Source: an uncultured Capnocytophaga sp. (GTDB lineage: Bacteria; Bacteroidota; Bacteroidia; Flavobacteriales; Flavobacteriaceae). From it: DNA of 64,000 bases. The stretch's first letter is position 1, and every line of letters begins with the position of its first letter. Where the stretch lies: NCBI GenBank assembly GCA_963521335.1, contig CAUQUO010000006.1, positions 11,697-75,696 on the forward strand. Direction: 5' to 3'. Below the pieces are notes generated by a model. The model worked only from the letters and a program-made list of their open reading frames with translations, did no database searches and was not told where the DNA came from. The translations under genes and the position numbers were made by a program. This document shows positions 1 through 9,882 of the stretch, in pieces.

Positions 1-59
1 TGCACTCGTACTCCAAAACTTGAAAGGATTTCCTTTCCTTGATATTCGTGTAAATTCAT
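1..59 (-). CDS. sucC: Succinyl-CoA ligase beta subunit, N-terminal fragment (runs off the window)
   Basis: Manual translation of the minus strand from ATG at 59 gives MNLHEYQGKEILSSFGVRV, the typical SucC N-terminus. Not in the ORF track. Confidence 0.9.
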   Translation of the reverse strand, partial: MNLHEYQGKEILSSFGVRV

Positions 60-418
60 ACATTGATTAATTTGATAACTTTTCGACAAAGATAGAAACT
101 TTTTCGGATATAAAAAAGTTTTTTTGAGTTTTTTTATTTTGGTGAGATTTCAGGAGTTATTAATAGAGGATTAAAAAAAGTTGATTTTATCTGTTTAAGC
201 GGTATTTTTTAGTATTTTTTCTGTTAAAAAGATTCTTTATAGTTTTTTATTTTATAGGGGTAGGCATGTTGTAGGTATAGTGCGGGTATAAGGGAGGGTT
301 AGGAGAAAAATTTTCTATTTAGGATTTGTGGGGGAGTGTGATAAAAAAGTATTTTTGGTAGTATGTGCTTTTTTTAATATATTTGCACTTTCTTTCTGAA
401 GAGAATTATTCTAACAAA

Positions 419-1363
419 ATGAACTTATCGATTGTTATACCGCTTTTGAATGAGCAAGAGTCGCTTTCAGAGCTTTATCAGTGGTTACATAGGGTACTCA
501 CTGCGAATAGTTATTCATATGAGATTATTTTCGTAGACGATGGTAGTACTGATGGTTCTTGGCAGGTAATCAAGGAGTTATCGGAAAAAGATAGTCAGGT
601 GAAAGGTATTCGTTTTTTGCGTAATTACGGTAAATCTCAGGCGTTGCATGCGGGTTTTAAGCAGGCGCAGGGAGAGGTAGTGATTACTATGGATGCTGAT
701 TTACAAGACAGTCCTGATGAAATTCCGATGCTTTATCGTATGATTAGAGAGGAGGGTTATGATCTTGTATCGGGCTGGAAGAAAAAGCGTTACGACTCGG
801 TACTGGCTAAGAATTTACCTTCTAAGTTGTTTAATTGGGCAGCGCGTAAGACTTCGGGTTTGACACTTCACGATTTCAATTGTGGTCTAAAGGCTTATAA
901 GCAGGAGGTAGTGAAGAATATAGAGGTATCGGGAGAGATGCATCGCTATATTCCTGTGCTTGCGAAGAATGCTGGTTTTGGGCGTATTACGGAGAAGGTG
1001 GTACAACATCAAGCGCGTAAATACGGAGTTACGAAGTTTGGGATGAGCAGGTTTATCAATGGTTTTTTAGACCTTATTACGATTAGTTTTTTGTCGCATT
1101 TTGGCAAGCGCCCGATGCATTTTTTTGGTGCGTTGGGAGTTTTGATGTTTTTTATAGGTTTTTTATTTTCGGCATATTTAGGGATTGATAAGTTGTTTAT
1201 CAATCCTCGGGGTAGACTGATTGCTGACAGGCCACAGTTTTATCTTGCACTTACTACGATGTTAATTGGCACACAGCTATTTATTGCGGGTTTTTTGGGA
1301 GAAATTATTTTGAAGACTAAGAGCAATGAGGAGCGTTATAAAATTAGAGAATTAATACAATAG
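419..1363 (+). CDS. Glycosyltransferase family 2 (DPM1/ArnC-like, membrane-anchored)
   Basis: SIVIPLLNE, VDDGSTD, RNYGKS and MDADLQD motifs plus two C-terminal TM helices. Start moved to ATG 419. Confidence 0.9.
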   Translation: MNLSIVIPLLNEQESLSELYQWLHRVLTANSYSYEIIFVDDGSTDGSWQVIKELSEKDSQVKGIRFLRNYGKSQALHAGFKQAQGEVVITMDADLQDSPDEIPMLYRMIREEGYDLVSGWKKKRYDSVLAKNLPSKLFNWAARKTSGLTLHDFNCGLKAYKQEVVKNIEVSGEMHRYIPVLAKNAGFGRITEKVVQHQARKYGVTKFGMSRFINGFLDLITISFLSHFGKRPMHFFGALGVLMFFIGFLFSAYLGIDKLFINPRGRLIADRPQFYLALTTMLIGTQLFIAGFLGEIILKTKSNEERYKIRELIQ

Positions 1364-1376
1364 AGAACAATAGTTA

Positions 1377-2849
1377 ATGAATCATCAATTAAAAATATTC
1401 AATTCCTTAACGGGAGAGAAGGAGGTTTTTGAGCCTTTGCACGAGAATAATGTAGGGATGTATGTATGTGGCCCTACGGTTTATAGCAATGTGCACTTGG
1501 GTAATGTGCGCACTTTTATGTCGTTTGATTTTGTGTATCGTACGCTTAAATTTTTGGGTTATAAGGTGCGTTATGTACGGAATATCACGGATGCGGGACA
1601 TCTTACGGATGACGGTGATGTGAACAATGACCGTTTTGTGAAACAGTCGCGTCTTGAAAAGCTTGAGCCTATGGAGATTGTACAGAAATATACGGTGGAT
1701 TTTCATAAGGTATTGGAGATTTTCAACTTACTTCCTCCAACGATTGAACCTACAGCAACTGGGCATATATTGGAACAGATACAGCTTACTGAGAAGCTTT
1801 TGAAGGACGGTTTTGCTTATGAGGCGAATGGTTCGGTATATTTTGATGTACTTGAGTACAACAAGCGTGGGCTCAATTATGGAGAGCTTTCACGACGGAA
1901 TATAGAGGAGCTTTTTGCTAATACTAGAGACTTGGATGGGCAAGGAGAGAAGCGCAATCCTCAGGATTTTGCGTTGTGGAAGAAAGCGTCGCCAGCTCAT
2001 ATTATGCGTTGGGCATCGCCTTGGGGAGATGGGTTCCCTGGTTGGCACTTGGAATGTACAGTAATGAGTACTAAATATCTTGGCAATCAGTTTGATATTC
2101 ATGGAGGAGGAATGGACTTGAAGTTCCCACACCACGAATGTGAAATAGCACAAGGAAAAGCAGGACATGGAGAGAGTCCTGTACGTTATTGGATGCATGC
2201 TAATATGCTGACGATGAATGGACAACGGATGAGCAAATCAACAGGTAACTATATATTGCCAATGCAGCTTATCAGTGGGGAAAATACATTTTTTGAAAAG
2301 CCTTTTGCTCCAGCTGTGATACGTTTTTGCTTTATGCAAGCGCATTATCGGAGTGTGCTAGATATCTCGAATGAGGCAATGCTTGCTGCTGAAAAAGGGT
2401 TCAATAGACTTATGGAAGCAATAAAAATATTGAATGAGATGAGTAGTGATTTAGAACATCCAGGTCCCCTTTCATATGAGATAGAAAAATGGAAAGAGAA
2501 GTGTTATAATGCTCTTTTAGATGATTTTAATTCGCCTATACTTATTGCTCATATTTTTGAAGCTGTAAAATGGATTAATGGTGACGAAAAGATTTCAGTA
2601 GCCGAACTCAATGATTTGAAAACACTGATGAATGCTTTTGTTTTTGATGTATTGGGGCTACAAAGTGAGCAACAAGTTCCTGACAATGACAACAAGCTTG
2701 ATAGAGTATTACAATTGCTTATCAAAATGCGAATGGAAGCACGTGCTAATAAAGATTGGGCGCTTTCTGATAAGATCAGAGATGAGCTTTTGTCTATGGG
2801 GATTCAGCTTAAAGATGGTAAAGAAGGGACTAGTTACAGTATTTATTAG
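1377..2849 (+). CDS. cysS: Cysteine--tRNA ligase
   Basis: [34 protein letters not shown] and RMSKS motifs. Confidence 0.97.
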   Translation: MNHQLKIFNSLTGEKEVFEPLHENNVGMYVCGPTVYSNVHLGNVRTFMSFDFVYRTLKFLGYKVRYVRNITDAGHLTDDGDVNNDRFVKQSRLEKLEPMEIVQKYTVDFHKVLEIFNLLPPTIEPTATGHILEQIQLTEKLLKDGFAYEANGSVYFDVLEYNKRGLNYGELSRRNIEELFANTRDLDGQGEKRNPQDFALWKKASPAHIMRWASPWGDGFPGWHLECTVMSTKYLGNQFDIHGGGMDLKFPHHECEIAQGKAGHGESPVRYWMHANMLTMNGQRMSKSTGNYILPMQLISGENTFFEKPFAPAVIRFCFMQAHYRSVLDISNEAMLAAEKGFNRLMEAIKILNEMSSDLEHPGPLSYEIEKWKEKCYNALLDDFNSPILIAHIFEAVKWINGDEKISVAELNDLKTLMNAFVFDVLGLQSEQQVPDNDNKLDRVLQLLIKMRMEARANKDWALSDKIRDELLSMGIQLKDGKEGTSYSIY

Positions 2850-2873
2850 TTGTTAGGGATTAGGTAATAAAAT

Positions 2874-2911
2874 AAATTGGGGAGTATTTCTAATGAAATA
2901 CTCCCCAATTT
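2874..2911. terminator. Bidirectional intrinsic terminator between convergent cysS and groEL
   Basis: Perfect 17-bp inverted repeat AAATTGGGGAGTATTTC-taat-GAAATACTCCCCAATTT. Confidence 0.85.
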
Positions 2912-2950
2912 GTATTAATAAAATATGATAATAATGTTATGAATTTACAA

Positions 2951-4603
<1,653 letters not shown>

Positions 4604-4619
4604 TTATTTTCTTATTTGT

Positions 4620-5159
4620 TTAAGCGATCTGAACTATTCTACACCTTTCACACAAAGGATAGGAGTCAATAAAATCTTTGATACACTCCTTAGCCTCAAT
4701 AAAGCTCCCTCTTACATAGAAATATAATGCTGTTTCTTTATTTCCTTCATAGTAAGAAGTAACCACCAAGATATCTTTTAGAGCCTCAGAAATAGTATCA
4801 AAAACTACATTAATATCAGTAGTTTCATATACTTCTTCAGGTAAATCTGTACCATTGATATAAAGCCCTAAGCCTTCTAAAACACCTACCTCTTGACTGA
4901 AGTCTTTATTGTATAGTTTTGAGCCTTTAGGAACCCCTATTTCTTCTATCTTTTGTAGTAATTTTTCTACTGCATAAGGGGTATCTTTGAGTTCTATCTC
5001 TATATCACAATACTCTATTTCTCCTTCTTTAGACATTAAAGTACCTCCTCCTGAAGTACTCCCTAAATCCTCTTCAGAGAGAAATTCATCTAAGAGATCA
5101 TCTAAATCTCCCCTATCAAGAGGCTGTAACTTGGCATTTAGTTGTAAAGTATAGAACAT
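4620..5159 (-). CDS. Acidic hypothetical protein between groES and groEL
   Basis: 179-aa ORF, D/E-rich, co-oriented with groES and groEL with short gaps. Confidence 0.8.
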   Translation of the reverse strand: MFYTLQLNAKLQPLDRGDLDDLLDEFLSEEDLGSTSGGGTLMSKEGEIEYCDIEIELKDTPYAVEKLLQKIEEIGVPKGSKLYNKDFSQEVGVLEGLGLYINGTDLPEEVYETTDINVVFDTISEALKDILVVTSYYEGNKETALYFYVRGSFIEAKECIKDFIDSYPLCERCRIVQIA

Positions 5160-5176
5160 AAATGATTATATTAAGA

Positions 5177-5458
5177 TTATTCTAAAATCCCTAACAAATC
5201 ATTCTCCCTCATAATGAGGTAGTCTTTACCTTCCAATTTTAACTCTGTACCAGCATATTTACCATATAATACTGTATCCCCTACTTTTACTGTCATAGGA
5301 TTTTCTTTAGTACCTGTTCCTACAGCTACTACCTTCCCTCTTTGTGGTTTTTCTTTTGCAGTATCAGGAATAATGATTCCTGATGCCGTTGTAGTTTCTG
5401 CCACTGCTGGCTCTATCACTACTCTATCAGCTAAAGGTTTAATATTCAATTTTGCCAT
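5177..5458 (-). CDS. groS: Co-chaperonin GroES
   Basis: [25 protein letters not shown] and [16 protein letters not shown] motifs. Confidence 0.99.
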   Translation of the reverse strand: MAKLNIKPLADRVVIEPAVAETTTASGIIIPDTAKEKPQRGKVVAVGTGTKENPMTVKVGDTVLYGKYAGTELKLEGKDYLIMRENDLLGILE

Positions 5459-5510
5459 TATTTGTTTTGTTTTAATTGTTTACTTATCTAGAAATAATTG
5501 TAAGTGTTAG

Positions 5511-5550
5511 AAATACTTTGACAAAATCCTCCAACTTTGTCAAAGCATTT
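5511..5550. repeat. CTTTGACAAA/TTTGTCAAAG palindromic (REP-like) hairpin
   Basis: AAATACTTTGACAAA...TTTGTCAAAGCATTT inverted repeat. Related copies at 8105-8120 and 44324-44355. Confidence 0.55.
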
Positions 5551-5607
5551 TATCCTAACCCTCTTTTCTGTATTTTAATTCCTTTTATAAAGATCACAGA
5601 GTATATC

Positions 5608-5649
5608 TCAGAAAGTGTGCCAATCTGTAACAACTGACTTTTTGTCAGT
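5608..5649 (-). promoter_or_regulatory. Candidate groES regulatory element (ACTGAC-N5-GTCAGT palindrome plus TGGCAC motif)
   Basis: Palindrome at 5633-5649 and TGGCACACTTTCTGA on the minus strand at 5622-5608. Confidence 0.4.
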
Positions 5650-5650
5650 C

Positions 5651-6016
5651 TTAATTCCCCGTATTAGAAGAAGTGGCAGGGGTAGCTGGCATTTGTGTCG
5701 CATTATTGGCAGGTGCCGATGGTTGTACGGGCGCTACTGGAGTACTGCCATCCAAAAGCTTTGAATCTGCATTTACCCCTGTATTGCTTTGTAACAATGT
5801 ATTAGCTATCAAGATAAGTACAGCCAAAGCAGTAGCAAATGTCCATGTGCTACGCTCTAAAAAGTCTCCTGTCTTTTTAACCCCTCCTACTACTTGCGTA
5901 TTACCTCCAAATGTAGATGATAATCCGCCTCCTTTAGGGTTTTGTACCATAATTACCAATGCTAATAGTAAACATACTACTACTATAAGTACTAAAAAGA
6001 TGTTGAATGTAGTCAT
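5651..6016 (-). CDS. secG: Preprotein translocase subunit SecG
   Basis: TM helix, VQNPKGGGLSSTFGG, FLERSTW and a second TM helix. Confidence 0.95.
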   Translation of the reverse strand: MTTFNIFLVLIVVVCLLLALVIMVQNPKGGGLSSTFGGNTQVVGGVKKTGDFLERSTWTFATALAVLILIANTLLQSNTGVNADSKLLDGSTPVAPVQPSAPANNATQMPATPATSSNTGN

Positions 6017-6021
6017 TTTTC

Positions 6022-6855
6022 CTATAAATTATTTTGTTGTAAATTCTTAATTTGTTCTATTTGGGCTGCAAAGTAAGCACTTTTTTTTGGATTTTTCAAA
6101 ATTAATATTTCATAAGCCTGTATCGCCTGCTTATATTTACGCTGATTTACATATACTTGTGCTAGCGTTTCCGTCATCAATTGCTTCGGATCTGACTTTA
6201 CCTCATCTGCTAAATTCACATTAGATACATAATTTTTAGATGCTTCTATCTTAGGATTATTCTCCAAAAATTTATCTATAAGTTTAAACTTCTCCGCTAC
6301 TTTGTCATCTTTATAATGCGAAGGCTCCTCTCCTTCCGATATATTCTCTAGCCATTCCGATATATTATCAGCATCTGTCTTCGGCCTCTCTACTTCTTTT
6401 GGCTCAAAAACCTCTGCAAGCTCCTGATGATTTACCAAATCCTCAGGAAATATAGGCTCTTCAAAGATACCTTCTGGCAAATCTGGCCTATACAAACGAG
6501 GCTCTTCTTCTATATAGCTTACCTCTGGTGGCCTATCCTCTGCCTCTTCGACCTCTTTGCGCTCTCGCGTTTTGCGTATACGCTCAAAATCTCGCCTCAA
6601 TGCCGAAAAATCAGGTATAATACTCTTTGAGTTGATAAAATCAAACAATACTGTGCGGTCTGTTACATGTATTGCAGCCAACTTAAGTGCTTTATTATAT
6701 CTATAATTGCCTTCCGAATGCAATATCTTGAGCTGTAACACCCTCGCTACTTGAAAATAAGGATACTCCTGCACTATTTCGTCTAACTCTGCTACTTGTG
6801 CATCGCTAATAGTGTAGGGGTGTCTGATAATCTCTATGAATTCCTTTACAGTCAA
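6022..6855 (-). CDS. Conserved Bacteroidota TPR-like protein (lptE-secG cluster)
   Basis: EYPYFQ near the N-terminus and C-terminal MTETLAQVYVNQRKY...YEILILKNPKKSAYFA. TTG start. Confidence 0.8.
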   Translation of the reverse strand: MTVKEFIEIIRHPYTISDAQVAELDEIVQEYPYFQVARVLQLKILHSEGNYRYNKALKLAAIHVTDRTVLFDFINSKSIIPDFSALRRDFERIRKTRERKEVEEAEDRPPEVSYIEEEPRLYRPDLPEGIFEEPIFPEDLVNHQELAEVFEPKEVERPKTDADNISEWLENISEGEEPSHYKDDKVAEKFKLIDKFLENNPKIEASKNYVSNVNLADEVKSDPKQLMTETLAQVYVNQRKYKQAIQAYEILILKNPKKSAYFAAQIEQIKNLQQNNL

Positions 6856-6880
6856 TCTTTCAATATGTCATTTTGTCATT

Positions 6881-7372
6881 TTACCAATCAGCTAATGACG
6901 CATTAAAAATATCTTGCGTAATACGTTCAAATATCTGCTGAAATGCCTCTCCTTTTACTGAACTTAACTGACTCGCCGCTGGGTAATCATAGTAAAAAGA
7001 AAAACGCTTTTCAAAATCCTTTTTATCCTCTTTATGATTGGTAAAACGTACATTTACCCCTATCGTAAGACGGTTCTGTGCCGCTGTTTGCCCTGCTGTT
7101 GCCGTCATCGGGGTTATGTTAAACTCTACTATTTCTCCTTCATACACAAGATCTCCATTGCGGTCTGTAAGACTCAAATTGGTCTGATTGTTTATCATAT
7201 CTTGCAAAGCTATCGTGAAATCCCGATCAAGCCCTGGTTCTACCAATGGTGCATCATTCCGAAAGAAATTCACCTGAAAAGTCTTGGCTTCTCCAGTACT
7301 ACCTCCTGTAAAGTTGTAAATACCACAACTTATTGTAGTGAAAACCAATAGTATATATATGAAATATCTCAT
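6881..7372 (-). CDS. lptE: LptE family LPS-assembly lipoprotein
   Basis: Lipobox ISC followed by GIYNFTG, C-terminal QDIFNASLADW, typical gene context. Confidence 0.85.
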   Translation of the reverse strand: MRYFIYILLVFTTISCGIYNFTGGSTGEAKTFQVNFFRNDAPLVEPGLDRDFTIALQDMINNQTNLSLTDRNGDLVYEGEIVEFNITPMTATAGQTAAQNRLTIGVNVRFTNHKEDKKDFEKRFSFYYDYPAASQLSSVKGEAFQQIFERITQDIFNASLADW

Positions 7373-7440
7373 CCTATCAATCAATTAGTGGGCAAAAGTA
7401 TAAATAATTTGCCAATTAACCAATTTGTATGTTAGAAAAA

Positions 7441-8025
7441 TTACAACCTTTTGAGTGCTTGCTTGATAATTTCCTCTACTGAAAGTGCTTCATCACCCGA
7501 TTTTACAATCGCATCAACTACCTTCTCTGCCTGCTTACGTACAAATCCTAATACCTCCAAGGCGGCAAGTGCCTCTTCTTTGTGGGTACTTACAGTGTTC
7601 ATCGGTATTTCTTCAAAGTCTTGTAGTTTGAGCATCTTGTCCTTTAAGTCAAGTACTACACGCTGAGCCGTTTTAGCTCCTATGCCTTTCACTGCTTGAA
7701 TGGTTGCTACATCGCCATTGATAATCGCACTGCGCACTTGTGCAGCCGTTAGCGATGAGAGCATAGTGCGGGCTGTGCTTGCCCCTACTCCCGATACCGA
7801 AAGCAGTAATACAAACACTTCGCGTTCGGCTTTAGTAAGAAAACCATAAAGTGTATGGGCATCCTCCTTGATTTGCAAATAGGTGTATAGCTTAATAGCT
7901 TCCCCTTCAGGTAGTGCCGAATAAGTATTCAAGCTGATATTTACAAAATACCCCACCCCATGACAATCAATCACTACATGAGTAGGGTTCTTTTCTACGA
8001 GTTTTCCTTGTAATTGTGTAATCAT
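7441..8025 (-). CDS. ruvA: Holliday junction branch migration protein RuvA
   Basis: GVGY, LYGF, SVSGVGA, VKGIGAKTAQRVVLDLKDK and ALEVLGF motifs. Confidence 0.97.
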   Translation of the reverse strand: MITQLQGKLVEKNPTHVVIDCHGVGYFVNISLNTYSALPEGEAIKLYTYLQIKEDAHTLYGFLTKAEREVFVLLLSVSGVGASTARTMLSSLTAAQVRSAIINGDVATIQAVKGIGAKTAQRVVLDLKDKMLKLQDFEEIPMNTVSTHKEEALAALEVLGFVRKQAEKVVDAIVKSGDEALSVEEIIKQALKRL

Positions 8026-8051
8026 TAGTTTAATTTGAAGATTGAGTAGCG

Positions 8052-8090
8052 CAAAAGTACAAATAATTAGAGAATTAGCAAGGTTTTAAT
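8052..8090 (-). promoter_or_regulatory. ruvA promoter region (TTG...TACTTTTG); copy 1 of a 39-bp direct repeat
   Basis: Matches the Bacteroidota -33/-7 consensus and is 36/39 identical to 9842-9880. Confidence 0.7.
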
Positions 8091-8134
8091 AGTTAGAAAT
8101 AAAAAAATTTGTCAAAGTTTAGTATTGTTCATTC

Positions 8135-8830
8135 TTAATTGTCAATTGTGAATTGAGAAAGTAGCTCTTCCGAGCGTTTGCGCCCTGCTAAATAGTGAGG
8201 GTCAAGCTCTATAGCTTTTTGTAGATAGGCTATGGCTTGCACGCGGTATTTGCGCTGAGGGTGTTGCTTTGCCCAAGCCCAATACACAAAACTCATTATC
8301 TTCCACGAAGCGTACTCGGGGTTTTGGGCTTCTTTTCGGATAATATTTTCAAAGTCAATTTTAGCTAAAGCACGCTTGCTGAAATAAAACCAAGGTAAGT
8401 TCTCGGCTACGCTACCGCGCATAAATTCAGGAAGATAGTGCACTGCTCCGTACTTTTTAATAGCCGTTTCAAAAAGCTTAAAACTTTTGCTGATAAGTGA
8501 GAGCTTAAAAGTTTCGCCGGCTACCAAAGCCATTGCTGAAGCCTTGTAAGAAAGGATAAAAGGCTGTAACGCCTCAGGTGTTTCGGGCTTGGCTTCGCAC
8601 TCTGATAAAATCGTGAGACTCTTTTGTGCATAGCCTTTGTACTGCTTGCTAAAAAAGCCTAAATTTAAGGCTACTTCGTGATAAATAATCCCTAAGCGCA
8701 CTTTGTTCAGCAAGGAAGGATTTGTCTTGTAATCAGCTTCTACTTCAGGAAGTTTGGCTTGTAAAAGGTCGTTGCCGATGAATTCCATTACATCGTCTAA
8801 GGCGATTTGATAATCATTGAGTGTTTTCAT
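8135..8830 (-). CDS. Hypothetical alpha-helical/TPR-like protein
   Basis: 231-aa ORF with TPR-like AIAYLQKAIELDP near the C-terminus and its own TACTTTTG -7 element at 8863-8856. Confidence 0.75.
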   Translation of the reverse strand: MKTLNDYQIALDDVMEFIGNDLLQAKLPEVEADYKTNPSLLNKVRLGIIYHEVALNLGFFSKQYKGYAQKSLTILSECEAKPETPEALQPFILSYKASAMALVAGETFKLSLISKSFKLFETAIKKYGAVHYLPEFMRGSVAENLPWFYFSKRALAKIDFENIIRKEAQNPEYASWKIMSFVYWAWAKQHPQRKYRVQAIAYLQKAIELDPHYLAGRKRSEELLSQFTIDN

Positions 8831-8896
8831 TACACGTTCTTTTTTAAATTTGGAGCAAAAGTACGGCGTAATGAGCTCCTCTCTCGTTGACTTAAG

Positions 8897-9314
8897 TTAA
8901 GATTTTTTTGTGTGTATACGTTTTTGCAATCGGCTTAAACTTTCGGGGCTGATACCCAGTAGATTGGAAATGTACTTCTGCGGTACTCGCTGAAAACAGT
9001 TCGGGGCGTGAGTGCAACAGATGCTGAAAGCGCTCTTCAGGTTTATCGGTAGCAAGGTACATAGCGGTATCGGTGGTCTCGTCTAAGGCTTATAATGACT
9101 GATTAGAGGCCTTCTCTGTTCCGTCCTCTTTGGTGTGAAAATGGCGCACACAGCCTTTGACAATAAAAAATAGATATTTGCAAGGCTAAGGAACTTCTAA
9201 AAGCATTGTTTTCTTAGCAAAGATGCGCTCTTCAAAAAAGTGATCTACTGCGCTGAGTTCTTCCTCAGTAAAAGGAAGGGCTTGCCGAAAATGGTTTTTT
9301 AAAGAATCGTACAT
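8897..9314 (-). pseudogene. Crp/Fnr family transcriptional regulator pseudogene
   Basis: Manual translation gives MYDSLKNHF...MLLEVP*PCKYLFFIVKGCVRHFHTKEDGTEK, then a second stop and an apparent internal deletion, then KPEERFQHLLHSRPELF, a frameshift, and QRVPQKYISNLLGISPESLSRLQKR (Crp-type HTH). Confidence 0.85.
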
Positions 9315-9339
9315 ATTTGTTTATATGGCTAATGATATT

Positions 9340-9822
9340 TTACTTGTTGTAATAAAAATGTACAGAAGCATTTCTATCGTTTTCTCCTTCTGTAGTCATT
9401 GCTCTGAAACCACAACAATACTGAGCGCTGAACATTGTATAACAAGCGAATACTTGATATTCAAAATTATAGATTTTCTTAGTTTTTTGCTCAGGAGTAC
9501 TCACCCATACAGTATCTTCTAATGCAATAGAGTGTTCTAAATAATAATCTCTGTAGGTTTGATAATTTTTTTGAGTAGGAACAGTGTCACGAATGGTTTC
9601 TGTATTACCATCTCGAAAATGTTTAATTTTAATCTCAATGGGGAGCAAAGTGTCTTTAGGATAGTCGTGAAAGTATATAGCAAATCCATTGATATGCGTT
9701 TTTTGAGCGCACTCTTCGGTAGCACGCCTGATGCTTTCTTTCTTTTGTTTTTCTCGCCATTCATCACAAGAAGTGAGGGTTAAAACTACAATGAAAGTAA
9801 TAAAATATAAAAGTCTGTTCAT
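9340..9822 (-). CDS. Hypothetical lipoprotein
   Basis: MNRLLYFITFIVVLTLTSC lipobox and a Cys-rich C-terminal part. Confidence 0.75.
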   Translation of the reverse strand: MNRLLYFITFIVVLTLTSCDEWREKQKKESIRRATEECAQKTHINGFAIYFHDYPKDTLLPIEIKIKHFRDGNTETIRDTVPTQKNYQTYRDYYLEHSIALEDTVWVSTPEQKTKKIYNFEYQVFACYTMFSAQYCCGFRAMTTEGENDRNASVHFYYNK

Positions 9823-9841
9823 AATTTTCATTTTGAAAGAA

Positions 9842-9880
9842 CAAAAATACAAATAATTAGAGAATTAGCAAAATTTTAAT
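9842..9880 (-). promoter_or_regulatory. Promoter of the lipoprotein gene; copy 2 of the 39-bp direct repeat
   Basis: TATTTTTG -7 element on the minus strand, near-identical to 8052-8090. Confidence 0.65.
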
Positions 9881-9882
9881 GA

